Of a DNA stretch of 64,000 bases, positions 10,157 to 20,611 are shown in pieces. Below the pieces are notes generated by a model. The model worked only from the letters and a program-made list of their open reading frames with translations. It searched no databases and had not been told where the DNA came from. The translations under genes and the position numbers were made by a program. The stretch covers positions 288,001 to 352,000 of the forward strand of contig CAWGBN010000002.1 in the NCBI GenBank assembly GCA_963820825.1, in the 5' to 3' direction. Each line of letters starts with the position of its first letter. The stretch's first letter is position 1. Origin of the DNA: Vulcanimicrobiota bacterium (GTDB lineage Bacteria; Vulcanimicrobiota; Vulcanimicrobiia; Vulcanimicrobiales; Vulcanimicrobiaceae).

Positions 10157-11140
10157 ATGCGCCTGCACTCGGCCATCGGTCTGGCCGCTCTCCTGGCCGG
10201 TTGCTCCGGGACGACGTCACAGTTGCCCTTGAGGCCGTCGGAACTTGCGCCCACGCTACGTAACGTTCAGCACAACTCCTGGAGCAAGAAAAGGCCAATA
10301 CCCCATGCGGTGATCGGCGCGGGCGCCGCCGCCGTCGGAAATAAGATCTATGTCGTCGGGGGCCTCGATAATACTCTGTCGCCGTATGGCGTTACGCAAA
10401 TTTACGATCCGTCGAAGAACACGTGGTCGAAAGGCGCTCCGATGCCGACGCCGCGCTGGGACATCGGCGCCGTCGTCGTCAACGGCATCATCTATACGGT
10501 CGGCGGAAATGCAACCGAGGGCAATCCATCGGCGGCCGTTGAAGCCTACGACCCAAAGACCAATAAGTGGTCGGAGAAGGCGCAGCTACCGATCGCGAAC
10601 GCGCCCGTTGTCGCTACGCTCGGCGCCTTCATCTACGCAATCGGTGGATACACCAGCGGATCCGGGCGGATCGCCAACGTCTATCGGTATAACCCCAAGG
10701 CCGATGCGTGGTCGACTCGCCAATTGATGAGAGTCGCCAAATCGAATCCGGAAATCGGCGTCATCGGTAAGTCGATCGTTGCTGCCGCCGGTCTGGCAAA
10801 TTCGGGCTACACCGGCGATAACGAAGCCTACAGCGCCGGTACGAACAGGTGGAAGACAAAGGCACCCGACCCGACGCCGCGAGGGGCGCCGTGTTCTGCA
10901 GCGATTGGAACGATGCTTTACGCTGCCGGCGGCGAGATTACCAGCGGCATCACGAAGATCGTGGATGCATATACGTTGAAAACGAACTCTTGGAAAAACC
11001 TGAAGGCAATGCCGCAAGCCGTGACCGGACCGGCTTCGGCCACGACCGGCGGCCTTCTCTATTGCATCGGTGGAGCCAATCAGGGCTACCCGAACGGCAG
11101 CGCGACTTTCTACCAAGACGTGCAGGTTTATCAGCCGTAG
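10157..11140 (+). CDS. Kelch-repeat lipoprotein
   Basis: RBS GGAGG, lipobox LAGC, six IYxxGG...YDP..N.W repeats. Confidence 0.9.
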   Translation: MRLHSAIGLAALLAGCSGTTSQLPLRPSELAPTLRNVQHNSWSKKRPIPHAVIGAGAAAVGNKIYVVGGLDNTLSPYGVTQIYDPSKNTWSKGAPMPTPRWDIGAVVVNGIIYTVGGNATEGNPSAAVEAYDPKTNKWSEKAQLPIANAPVVATLGAFIYAIGGYTSGSGRIANVYRYNPKADAWSTRQLMRVAKSNPEIGVIGKSIVAAAGLANSGYTGDNEAYSAGTNRWKTKAPDPTPRGAPCSAAIGTMLYAAGGEITSGITKIVDAYTLKTNSWKNLKAMPQAVTGPASATTGGLLYCIGGANQGYPNGSATFYQDVQVYQP

Positions 11141-11146
11141 CGTTGC

Positions 11147-11737
11147 TTACTCGAACTGCAGCGGCGCTTTCAATGACGGCTTCGCAGTCCCGCACGTAAC
11201 CTTTCCGGTCAGCGTCGCCGGGCCGGAGTACTTCGGCCGGTTGCGATTCACGGCATATAAAGCGAAGCCCGAGCCCGTTACGTTGAACGAAGCGGAGAAG
11301 CTATCGAGGGTCTTCTTTCCCGTCGTGATGGCCCACGCGACCTTGCATTTGCCCTTGTAATGAAGGTCGCTGAACGAAATCGAGTATTGCCACTCGGCGC
11401 CGGTCGGAATGTAGCTCGACGGTCCCGTGAGACCGACGTCATCGCCGCTCGGAATGCCATAAACGCAGCTGATGCACGGCACGCCGTTTTGAGCCGGCCC
11501 ATCCGAAACGAAGTTGATGAGAATTCCCGGCGTGCCGGCATTCGGATGCATCGTAAGCGGTCGGAAGAGCTCGCGGCCGCCGCTCGCCTCGGGTGCGGAA
11601 TCGAGAACTTGATCCAGAGTTGACGTCTCAGAGGCCGCTCCGGTCGCGGGAGTCGCATAGTTGGGTGCTCCGTTCGAGCACGCCGTAAGGGCGACGACGA
11701 TCAATAACAAAAGGCCGCGCCTGGTAAACACGTGCAT
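11147..11737 (-). CDS. Hypothetical lipoprotein
   Basis: RBS GGAGG, lipobox LTAC. Confidence 0.7.
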   Translation of the reverse strand: MHVFTRRGLLLLIVVALTACSNGAPNYATPATGAASETSTLDQVLDSAPEASGGRELFRPLTMHPNAGTPGILINFVSDGPAQNGVPCISCVYGIPSGDDVGLTGPSSYIPTGAEWQYSISFSDLHYKGKCKVAWAITTGKKTLDSFSASFNVTGSGFALYAVNRNRPKYSGPATLTGKVTCGTAKPSLKAPLQFE

Positions 11738-11854
11738 TGCGCCTCCTAAATAAACGCGAAGAGTGATTCGTCGTATTGCGACGCCCGAGCCGGGCCTCCT
11801 CCAAACGTAAGAGATCCAGCGGTTTTTTCATCCGGCGGGCGAAACTCTGGTGCC

Positions 11855-13087
11855 ATGCGCTCAGCGGCAGCAAAACGACTTCTTGCGTACGGCACGTTGG
11901 CCGCCCTCGCAGCCTTAAGCGCTTGCAACGCGAGATTCGGCTCGGGATCGAGCGCATTCGTACCCACCGCCCATTTTGCGGCGGCGCCGCGAAATACCAA
12001 GATCGCGATCGAAGGGCCGGGAAGCAACGCGGCGCTCGACGACCTCGTCGTTCGTTTCATGGTCGCGCAGCAGGTTCCCAACGCGCAGTTAGCGGTTTCG
12101 GTAAAGGGAAAGACGACATTTTCCCACGCGTATACCTACCGGAGCCTCGCGAAGTCGACGACCCATCCCAATACGATCATGCGACTCGCGAGCAACACGA
12201 AAGCCTGGGTCGATGGTGCGCTCTACAATTTGATCGAGGCCAAGAAGGTCGACCCATCTGCAAAGGTCTTTGCATATTTGGGCATCACAAAGCCCCTCCC
12301 AAAAGGCACGAAGGTCGATAAGCGCATCTACGACATCACCATCGAGGACATGATCCTTCACGAATCGGGATGGGACGATAGCAAACCGCCTCATTACGAC
12401 CCGACCTTCAAGATGCGAGAGATCGCGCTCGCGCTGCATCTCAAGCGGGCCGTCGGCCAAGTCGATTACGTACGGTACCAGCTCGGGAAGCCGCTGCAAG
12501 AGCCTCCGGGCACCACCTACGCCTACTGCAACTTCTGCTACACGGTTCTCGGGATGGTGATCGCCAAAGCGTCGGGAATGAATTTCTCCGACTATATTGC
12601 AACCCACGTCGCCGGTCCGTTAGGCGTTTCGAACGTTTTGGTTTCGCCGACGCTCGGCACGCGGCTCAAAAACGAGGTTGCAAAGTATTACTCCGCCTAC
12701 GACGGCTTATCGGCCGTCTACGTACGATCGAAGAAACGGTACCCATACCCGTATAGCGGCGACGACATGGTCCTCGAGGTTGCCGGCGGCGCCGGTGCGC
12801 TGGCGACCAATGCGGATTCGATGCTCCGGTTCATGAACGAGTACCTGATTTGGGGCGTCGGAACCCCCGAACCGGGGGCCGATTGGGCGCGCGAAGGTTC
12901 GATGCCGGGAACGAACACGTGGGCCGAACAGTTGCCTAACCGCAGCAACTACGCGTTCCTAGTCAATACGCGCCAATACATTTACGGGCGTAACCCCACC
13001 GCATTCGAAGCGTTGCAATCGGAACTCGAGCACCGGATCGATCCACATCTCGATACGGCCCTCGAGCGCCAATTTCGCGACTTTTAG
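11855..13087 (+). CDS. Serine hydrolase (beta-lactamase class C/PBP-like) lipoprotein
   Basis: Lipobox LSAC; SxxK (ASNTK), LHESG, YxN (YCN), GSMPG. Confidence 0.8.
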   Translation: MRSAAAKRLLAYGTLAALAALSACNARFGSGSSAFVPTAHFAAAPRNTKIAIEGPGSNAALDDLVVRFMVAQQVPNAQLAVSVKGKTTFSHAYTYRSLAKSTTHPNTIMRLASNTKAWVDGALYNLIEAKKVDPSAKVFAYLGITKPLPKGTKVDKRIYDITIEDMILHESGWDDSKPPHYDPTFKMREIALALHLKRAVGQVDYVRYQLGKPLQEPPGTTYAYCNFCYTVLGMVIAKASGMNFSDYIATHVAGPLGVSNVLVSPTLGTRLKNEVAKYYSAYDGLSAVYVRSKKRYPYPYSGDDMVLEVAGGAGALATNADSMLRFMNEYLIWGVGTPEPGADWAREGSMPGTNTWAEQLPNRSNYAFLVNTRQYIYGRNPTAFEALQSELEHRIDPHLDTALERQFRDF

Positions 13088-14034
13088 GGCTGCGACGTAA
13101 CGGTCAGGCGAACGGCGGCGGTGCCCGACGTGACGTGTCCGACCGCGGCGTTCTGACTCACCGAATCGATTTGTAACGTCCCGACGTGCTCGTCGACGTG
13201 CAGCGTCGCATGCGTCGACGGATCGACGATCGACTTCGACTTAACGATATCGAACGTCTGCCCGACCTGCACGCCGTTGTTGCTGCCGATGTTGATGATG
13301 ACTTGGCGTCCATCGATCGCCGCGATGTGGCCGGTCAGCGCCGGCGCAGCCGGAGCGGAGAAACGGCTCGGGTCGAGTGCGAGGACGATTTTGTTCGCTT
13401 CGTCATCGATGAGATGGCCCATGTCGCTGTTGACGAACTGTTCGTTGCTATACGAGCCGCCGGCGTAACCCGCGAATCCGCTGGCGTTCCACGACGTACC
13501 CGAACGCGTCGCTTCGTCGGAGAAGCTCTGCACGATTTGGCCGGTCCGCGCGTCGATCACCCGCACCGCGACCTTGATCGTGACCCGATGCGTCGAGACG
13601 CTGCCGGCTGCGGCACCGACGTAACTGGGCAGAAAGCTGCCCGCGCTCGCGCCGCTGGCGCCGGTTTGATCGAATTGCAAGATGTTTCCGGTGATCAAAT
13701 ATCGCGCACCGACCATTCGTCCCGCAGTGACCGCCGTCTGCGGGTCGACCTCGCCGCTCGCCCCCAGTTGGTGTTCGCCGAGCGTCGAATTCAAATGCGT
13801 CCGGTCGACCACGCTAAAGCGGCCGTCGTTGACCATACGGTCGGTAACGAGATCGCTCAAAGCGACGCCGGGCTGGAACGATCCATACCAGTCCGACGTC
13901 AACCCCTGCGTGGAGAAGTTGAGAACGGCGACCGCCGGATGAGATGCGTTCTGCTGCGCCGAGCCTAGCATCGGCCAGAACGCGAGGCTCGCAACGATGC
14001 CGAGGCCGAGCAAACGAAGTGAACGTCGTGCCAC
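13084..14034 (-). CDS. CsgG/HfaB-family protein with FlgT-like C-terminal domain
   Basis: VAVLNF, FSVVDR..L, GARYLITGNI, VRVIDARTGQI; C-terminal INIGSNNGVQVG. Confidence 0.8.
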   Translation of the reverse strand: MARRSLRLLGLGIVASLAFWPMLGSAQQNASHPAVAVLNFSTQGLTSDWYGSFQPGVALSDLVTDRMVNDGRFSVVDRTHLNSTLGEHQLGASGEVDPQTAVTAGRMVGARYLITGNILQFDQTGASGASAGSFLPSYVGAAAGSVSTHRVTIKVAVRVIDARTGQIVQSFSDEATRSGTSWNASGFAGYAGGSYSNEQFVNSDMGHLIDDEANKIVLALDPSRFSAPAAPALTGHIAAIDGRQVIINIGSNNGVQVGQTFDIVKSKSIVDPSTHATLHVDEHVGTLQIDSVSQNAAVGHVTSGTAAVRLTVTSQP

Positions 14035-14095
14035 AAGGAATCCTCCTGAGCGCGGGTGGGAACTGCGCCATTATCTCACGTTTAAGCAGAATCTG

Positions 14096-15073
14096 CTAGT
14101 TCGCAAGCTGCTGCAGAAGTTGGGCTTCTCGTTCGGTTGAGAGCCCGGGCTTCGCCGCAGAAGTAGATTCGGGCTGCGAAAGCCAGTCGACCAGCGCGCG
14201 CACGGTCTCGAGCGGGGAATGATGTTTGAGTCCGGCGCCGACCGCCTTCGCATAGCTCGCCTCGAAGAGACCCGCATATTGCGGATCGTCGAGCCACATC
14301 GGGATATCGGTCCACGGCTCGATGCCGGCGGCAATCAACGCTTCGCTGCGAAGTGAAACCGCGTGCGACACGATCTCACGCTCCGCCGCCACGGCGACGC
14401 ACGTCCGGACCAGTTCCCCCAAGGAGAAGCGCCGGTTTGGGCCGACGATGTTGTAAGCGCCATCTCTTCGTTGCGATACCGCTAGTACGGCGAACGCCGC
14501 CAGGTCGCGAACGTCGGCGAACTGCACCGGACGAGACGGCGGCTCCGGTACGATGAACCGCCCGCCGCGCAAGGCTCGCTGCGGCCAGTACGAAAATCGC
14601 CCGGTGTAGTCCCATGGCCCAACGATAAGTCCGGGACGGAAAATCGTCGCGCGTTCGCCGAAGCGATCGCATACGATTCGTTCGCAGGCGGCCTTGTTTC
14701 CGCCATATGCCATCGCTTCGTCACTGGAGTCGAACTCAACGATCGTCGAAGATTCTTCGTGGACCACCGGCCGGGAGAGATCTGCATAGACGTTGAGCGT
14801 CGAGATGAACAGATACCATCCGGCGTCCAGGCCGGCCGAGCGTTCGAGTTGCTCCGGGCGTTGACCGCTTACATCGATTATTGCATCCCAACGCTCGTGG
14901 ATCGCGTTGGGCAGCCGCTCATTGCGATCTCCGAATATTTCACGAACGCCGGACGGCAAATCGCATAACGACTGACCGCGGTGAAAGCAGATCACCTCGT
15001 GTCCTTGCGCATGGAGACTCTCCACGATGTGACGGCCGACAAAGCGCGTGCCGCCGAAAACGAGCACCTTCAA
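14096..15073 (-). CDS. NAD-dependent epimerase/dehydratase (atypical SDR)
   Basis: GGTRFVG Rossmann motif, YGGNKAACE, RPGLIVGP, DVRDLA. Confidence 0.85.
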   Translation of the reverse strand: MKVLVFGGTRFVGRHIVESLHAQGHEVICFHRGQSLCDLPSGVREIFGDRNERLPNAIHERWDAIIDVSGQRPEQLERSAGLDAGWYLFISTLNVYADLSRPVVHEESSTIVEFDSSDEAMAYGGNKAACERIVCDRFGERATIFRPGLIVGPWDYTGRFSYWPQRALRGGRFIVPEPPSRPVQFADVRDLAAFAVLAVSQRRDGAYNIVGPNRRFSLGELVRTCVAVAAEREIVSHAVSLRSEALIAAGIEPWTDIPMWLDDPQYAGLFEASYAKAVGAGLKHHSPLETVRALVDWLSQPESTSAAKPGLSTEREAQLLQQLAN

Positions 15074-15098
15074 CCGAGGGGTCTTCGTTCTTACGCCG

Positions 15099-15893
15099 CT
15101 ACCACGAGATCACGATCTTGCCGTCACCCTTCAGGCCGCCGCCGCGCGTTTGCTGCATCTTGGTCGCGGACTTCTCGACGAACGACGAGCCGCCGCCGCC
15201 ACCATCACCGTAGTAGCCGCCCCCACCGCCACCACCGCCGGCGGCGCACTTCTTCGCACCCGTCCCACCGTCAAGGCGTCTTCCGCTTCTGCCGGCCGCG
15301 CCTCCGCAGCCCTTGCTGCCTCCGAGAGACGGTCCTTCGTCGGGTCCCGCCGAGCCGCCGGCACCGCCCGTTGTCTGTGACCCTCCCGCGCCGCCGCCGC
15401 CAGCGATGCATCCTCCACCGCCGCCGTCATCACCGGTCGTCGTGCCGCCCTTACCGCCCGCGCCACCGAGACAGAAATACGAGCTGCTATCGTAATAGAA
15501 GCCAAACCGGCCGCCGCCGCCGTACGCGCCGGAGTCGGAGGCATTTCCGCCGCCGTTGTAGCCCCCCGCCGCACCCTTGCCCTTTCCGCCAACGAAGATC
15601 GTCAATGACTCGCCTGGATTAACCGGGATGGTCGCCTTCACGGCCGCTCCCAACCCGCCCGGATATCCCTGGCTCGGCACCGATTCGCCGTCGCCTTGAG
15701 CACCGTACGCGGTAATCGTTATTTGCCGTACGCGAGAGGGCACGGTGAAGCTTTGAGGTGCGCCCGTAAATGCGAACGTCTGGGAGCCGCGAGGGCCCGC
15801 CGCCGGAGGCGTCGAGCTCACGGCGCTGCTGCTGCACGCGCTTAGCACCAGGATGCCAAGGCAGGTCGGAGTGAGCGCGCGTTCCTGTCGCAT
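15099..15893 (-). CDS. Glycine-rich lipoprotein
   Basis: Lipobox LSAC, FTGAPQSFTVP, poly-Gly tracts, GDGKIVISW end. Confidence 0.75.
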   Translation of the reverse strand: MRQERALTPTCLGILVLSACSSSAVSSTPPAAGPRGSQTFAFTGAPQSFTVPSRVRQITITAYGAQGDGESVPSQGYPGGLGAAVKATIPVNPGESLTIFVGGKGKGAAGGYNGGGNASDSGAYGGGGRFGFYYDSSSYFCLGGAGGKGGTTTGDDGGGGGCIAGGGGAGGSQTTGGAGGSAGPDEGPSLGGSKGCGGAAGRSGRRLDGGTGAKKCAAGGGGGGGGYYGDGGGGGSSFVEKSATKMQQTRGGGLKGDGKIVISW

Positions 15894-15989
15894 GGGCCGT
15901 CCTCCGCTAGAAAAACTATTCTAGCACCAACGCACGCGCGCGTCGATTCTTGGAGCAAAAGGGGCAACCGCGTCTCCGAAGGAATTCAC

Positions 15990-16794
15990 ATGCATTCGAT
16001 CTCTAGCCGAAATTCGACGCACGTGCAAAGCCGCCGTCGCGACCGCAATCGCCGTCGTATATCTCGCGGCGTGCTCTAGCGGTAACCGCACCGCCGCCAT
16101 TCCGAGTGACGCGGAACGCCTTGCCCAACGCACGAGCCTCACCCTAGCGGACTTCAAGCGCGTCGTCTCTTGGGGTTCGAAGGGAAAGGCCGCGGTGGCG
16201 CAGTGCCCGCAGGGCGATAAAGTGATTGCCGGCGGCTCGAGCAGCAGCGACGGCAGTTCCGTCGGGACCGGCTATACCGATAGCCATCGCAATTCGTGGA
16301 TCGTCAAACCCCATGCAAATGCCAGCGCCGAAGCTTTTGCCACGTGCATCACGCGAAAGGCACCGGGGAGTTCGTTCGAATGGCGCGTATCGCTGCCCGT
16401 TAGCGGACTCGCGGGCGCGCGGTGTCGTAGCGGCTACGGACTCATCACCGGCTACGCCGTCGGAGCCACGGCCTCGTCGTGGTTCGACGGCGGTACCAAC
16501 ACCTTTTGGGTGAGCGGCGGAGCAACGGCGTACGCTTCGTGCGCACGCGACGACGACGGCATCGTCATCGAGCACGCTTGGAACAAAAGTCAAACGCCGA
16601 AGACCGTTTACGCCGGATGCGGTCACGGCTACACGGTCATCGGCGGCTCGATGGGCGACAGCCAGTGGCCGGGACCGCCGATTCAGGAGCACCCGGGTGC
16701 CGCTTCAGGTCCGGGCGTGCACGGCTACAACGGCTGGTGGGCCTTCAGTAACGCGCAGAACGAGCTCACCTGGGCCGCCTGCGTTCGCAGCTAA
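15990..16794 (+). CDS. Cys-containing lipoprotein; 5' end frameshifted or with a non-canonical start
   Basis: The frame of ORF 16195..16794 extends upstream through a lipobox (VYLAAC), but the ATG at 15990 is in another frame. Confidence 0.55.
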
Positions 16795-16815
16795 GACATC
16801 CGCATCGCGGTAGTC

Positions 16816-17097
16816 CTAGAGGGCGAGTTCCTTATCCAACACGAAGACCTTTACCGTCTCCCGCAAGAGTCCGTCGCCTTCCATAGCGTCGGCGGTCTCC
16901 GGTAAAGAGATGGCCGACATGAACTTTGCCACGTCGCCGGTCTCAAAGCAGGTGCCGACGTAATTGTCTTCGCCCATCCCATAACTTACTGGATGCGAAA
17001 TCCCGTACGCGGTCCGGAAGAAATCGCCGTGCGTGCGAAAACCCGCTTCCCACTCTGCCTGATCTTTGCACTTGGCAATGACGAGGATCTTTGCCAT
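16816..17097 (-). CDS. Small hypothetical protein
   Basis: 93-aa ORF immediately downstream of the membrane sensor gene. Confidence 0.65.
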   Translation of the reverse strand: MAKILVIAKCKDQAEWEAGFRTHGDFFRTAYGISHPVSYGMGEDNYVGTCFETGDVAKFMSAISLPETADAMEGDGLLRETVKVFVLDKELAL

Positions 17098-17108
17098 CTT
17101 CTCAACTC

Positions 17109-18848
17109 CTACAGCGCTCCGTGCGGTGATTGTTGAGCGACGAGCTTCGTATACCGGGCACGAGCGCGCTCGGCCTCAACGTGATCGTACGCTCTTGCCG
17201 CCTCGCGCGCAAGTTCCTCTAACAGTTCGACTTCTTCGGGATCGAGTTGCGCACCATTTGCGTGCGCTCCGTAAAGCGTAAAGCTGACGAGCTCGTGGCG
17301 TACGGTGACGGGGACCGCGAGCGTATAGATCGAGGCGTTCTGCGGATCGAGATGCGAGCGCAGGTCGTCGAGCCACACGATCCGCTCCTCTGCAAGCAGC
17401 ATCCGCACCAACAGCTCGTTCGCATCGAACCCGGGCGGTGCAACGGTCGTCTCGCGGCTGGTTGCGACACCCTCGAAGCGCGAGCCATCGGGAGAACGGC
17501 GATAGAGCGCCGCACCGGCGAGCTCGAGCGTTTCGACGGGTATCTGCACGAGCCCGTCGACGATTGCCGCCTCGTCCGTGGCATACGGCAGCGCCGTTGC
17601 AGCGCGACGAAGATGTCGCTCGGCGATGCGGCGCGCTCGAAAGAAGACCGCTTCGACGAAACGCTCGACGGTGCGGTTGATCCGGTCGAGGAGAAAGCCG
17701 ATCGCGATCGTCGCCAGCAGCTCGAGCCCGAGCGCGAGCCGCCCGACTGCGACGACCCGTGAAAAAAACCAATCCAATATCGAGACGAAGGCGATCACGG
17801 CAAGCGAAAGCACGCCGAATACAAGCGCCCGGTTCAAGACGAAGTTGACGTCGAGCACGCGCAGGCGGAAGACGGCGTAGGCGATGCAGATCGGCATCAG
17901 CACTACCGCAAACCCGATCACCTGCCCGACGGCGAACGGCACCCCGGGAACGAAGTAAATCGCATATGCCACGAAGGATATGAGCGTGCCGAGCGCTACG
18001 AACGCAAAGCGTTGGCGGTCGCTGGGCGTCGCCGTCGCGAAGTTTTTGGCGAGAATCAGGCCCGCTAGAGCAAAAGCGAACAACGGAATGACGGTACTCG
18101 GAACGACATCCCAAGCCGGGATCGCCTCCACGCGGTAGTAGACGCGCCACTCGATCACATACAGTACGAAGGCCAGTGCGAGAAGGACCCAGACAAACGG
18201 ATCGATCCGGCGCCGCCATCCCAAGACGTCGCCGTTGGGGAACCTCAGGACGAAGGGCAACAACGGCAGCACGCTCCACGGCCCCAAAATCGTGCTGAGA
18301 ACGAAGGTAAGACCAAAATACGCCGGCGAGGGGAGCACGTGCGACCAGTACATGAACGCGGGGCTGGTGCCGAAGTATCCGACGGCAAAAACGTAAAACG
18401 ACCACGACATGATCGACGGCCGCAGGTAGACGAGCAGGAACGCGACGATCAGAAAGACCGTCGGCGGGATGTAGGCGAGTACGCCCCCGATCCGCTGCAA
18501 CGCGCCGAAGTTTGTCTCCGGCAAGGCCTGCAGCGTTACGGTATAGGCCGTTCCGCCGCGCTCGAACGTTAACGTTTCACGTTCGCCCGCATACGGCGAG
18601 CGCACCCGCGAGGGTATTTGATAATTCCCTTCGTCCTCAAGGCGATCGCCGGCGCGCACGCCGGCGCGATCGGCCGGCGAGCCGCGATCGATGGCGACGA
18701 CGCCGGCCACCCGGGGCGCCAACGTAATTCCGAACGTGCCTTCGCCCCAATTCTCCGCGAAATCGACGTGCCCGACCGGCACGTAGAATAGGACGACGAC
18801 AAGGAGCGTTATGAGGACCAGGACTCCGCGCGAGATAATTGGTCGCAT
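17109..18848 (-). CDS. Membrane protein: PDZ + multi-TM + C-terminal GAF-like domain
   Basis: GSPADRAGVRAGD (PDZ), about 9 TMs, LAVPV...YGAH..G..LDPEE..LL (GAF); no kinase or cyclase output domain. Confidence 0.75.
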   Translation of the reverse strand: MRPIISRGVLVLITLLVVVLFYVPVGHVDFAENWGEGTFGITLAPRVAGVVAIDRGSPADRAGVRAGDRLEDEGNYQIPSRVRSPYAGERETLTFERGGTAYTVTLQALPETNFGALQRIGGVLAYIPPTVFLIVAFLLVYLRPSIMSWSFYVFAVGYFGTSPAFMYWSHVLPSPAYFGLTFVLSTILGPWSVLPLLPFVLRFPNGDVLGWRRRIDPFVWVLLALAFVLYVIEWRVYYRVEAIPAWDVVPSTVIPLFAFALAGLILAKNFATATPSDRQRFAFVALGTLISFVAYAIYFVPGVPFAVGQVIGFAVVLMPICIAYAVFRLRVLDVNFVLNRALVFGVLSLAVIAFVSILDWFFSRVVAVGRLALGLELLATIAIGFLLDRINRTVERFVEAVFFRARRIAERHLRRAATALPYATDEAAIVDGLVQIPVETLELAGAALYRRSPDGSRFEGVATSRETTVAPPGFDANELLVRMLLAEERIVWLDDLRSHLDPQNASIYTLAVPVTVRHELVSFTLYGAHANGAQLDPEEVELLEELAREAARAYDHVEAERARARYTKLVAQQSPHGAL

Positions 18849-19220
18849 TACGGGTTCACTCTTGCGGCGGCCCGCGCCGCGAACCCCTTTGCCCGCTACG
18901 ATCTCCCGAGCCACCCCGTTACAAGCGGGCGCCGTTTTGCTATAATCGGGCTCCGGCCATTTATGACTCCTCCATGGCCGCGAGATCGAGCGTACTATGC
19001 AATATCATTGGCAGAAATCGGCGAGAGGCTCGACCCCGAGTCGCCGCCCCGTCGTCCAAGCCGCCTACCTCTTAGCTCTGATCGCGTTCGCGACGGCGTC
19101 CGATCTGCCGCAGCCTTCGAATCCTCTCTTCGTGCGCACGGCCATCGCGCACCAAACGACTCCGACGCCGACACCGTGCCCCTCTCCGCCCGGACCGCTT
19201 TCCACTCCCGTGCCTTGCTG

Positions 19221-19871
19221 ATGAGCATGCAAGTCAAGGGAGTTCACATCTTCAACACCGTTACGGCGGTCGTAGCCTTTGCGCTTAGCGGGTATACGTT
19301 CGTCCACGACCGCATCGACGAAAGCCGTTCGGCGAACGAGGCGACGGAGCGGATGTTGTTCGGCAGCTACACCCTCGGAATGAAGTACGAACAGCTATTG
19401 CTGTGCTCGAAGAACGATCTCTACGCTCATTGCAGCCATCGCACGCAGAATATCGATTTTGCTAAGCTCTCACCGCTGGCCGAGGTCGTACTCGGCGTTC
19501 AAGTCAACTGGCCGGCCTTGCGCGGATCCGGCCCGTTGGAAGATCCGGCCAACGCAAGCGATCCGACGAGTGCAAGCAACATCGTAAACTCAGCGCTCGA
19601 CACTCACTACGTCAATCGGAGAGTCTCCGCCGCATTCGTCCTCGGACGCTCTATGGAACTGCTCTTCGACCTCGCAGACAATCCTTCGACGAAGCGAACC
19701 AGCAGCAGTCTCGACTTGTACTCCAGCGTTGCCAAGAACAACGTCGACGACACGCTGGTTCAACAACTCGACGGTCTCTGTAAGGAACGGCAGATTGACA
19801 ACGTTCCACAAGAGCGGGAAATCTCGAAATTGGACTCGTGCATCTCGGGAAACTTTCTCCCGGAACTATAA
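19221..19871 (+). CDS. Hypothetical membrane-anchored protein
   Basis: Part of ORF 18963..19871 with one TM after the ATG at 19221; start uncertain. Confidence 0.5.
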   Translation: MSMQVKGVHIFNTVTAVVAFALSGYTFVHDRIDESRSANEATERMLFGSYTLGMKYEQLLLCSKNDLYAHCSHRTQNIDFAKLSPLAEVVLGVQVNWPALRGSGPLEDPANASDPTSASNIVNSALDTHYVNRRVSAAFVLGRSMELLFDLADNPSTKRTSSSLDLYSSVAKNNVDDTLVQQLDGLCKERQIDNVPQEREISKLDSCISGNFLPEL

Positions 19872-19900
19872 ACCTCGTATCGCCAAAGTGCTCGGGTTCA

Positions 19901-20593
19901 CTATGGCCGAATCGGATACTCCTGCTCGGTGTCGTACTCGCCGAAGAGATCGTTCGAGTGCAGATCGTACGCACCGAGTCGATTCTTCACAATCTGAACG
20001 GCGATCTTCGGCTCGATCGGAGCCTTTCCGACGTAATCCTTGCGCTTGATGAGTATCACGGGATAGGCCTTGACCGGAACTGCAACGAGAAAGGTCTCCT
20101 CAGCGGAACTGCGCGGCGGCACGTAAAAATTCGTCGGCTGTCCGCCCACCGCACCGCTTCGCAGCTTGGCAAATGAGAAGAGCAGCGCGACGGGTCGCCG
20201 GGGAACGTCGGCCTTGACCCGGTCGTTGGCGGGCGTTTCAATTCGATCGTAGCGGCTCGAGCTTCGCCCGATTACTTCGCCGTATACGCTGAGCGCCTCA
20301 GCCGCGATGTCTACCGGCACGTTTCCGGTGTTCTGAAGCCGCTTGTGAATGGTGAGAAAGACGACACCGTTCACCGTCGAGCTTTGATCGACGATCGTGG
20401 GTAGGGAGAACGATGGTGCTTCCGAGAGCGGTTTGATGCGCTGCTCGTAGACGAAAGTGTACAGCGCCCAGAGACCCGCGGCGACGATGGCAACGATTTC
20501 GACGGCGATACGAACGTGTTCGGCGAACGTCGGAACGGAGTGCACCCGCACCGCACGACCGCGGCGATCCTCCTTTTCGTGCTGGTTCACCAA
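19901..20593 (-). CDS. Hypothetical membrane-anchored protein
   Basis: N-terminal TM (IVAIVAAGLWALYTF) followed by a beta-rich domain. Confidence 0.65.
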   Translation of the reverse strand: MVNQHEKEDRRGRAVRVHSVPTFAEHVRIAVEIVAIVAAGLWALYTFVYEQRIKPLSEAPSFSLPTIVDQSSTVNGVVFLTIHKRLQNTGNVPVDIAAEALSVYGEVIGRSSSRYDRIETPANDRVKADVPRRPVALLFSFAKLRSGAVGGQPTNFYVPPRSSAEETFLVAVPVKAYPVILIKRKDYVGKAPIEPKIAVQIVKNRLGAYDLHSNDLFGEYDTEQEYPIRP

Positions 20594-20611
20594 ACGTGAT
20601 TTCGCCGGTGC

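Noticed and set aside
15099..15893. GCC/CCG low-complexity tract as a DNA repeat element
   Set aside because: It encodes the poly-glycine segments of the protein.
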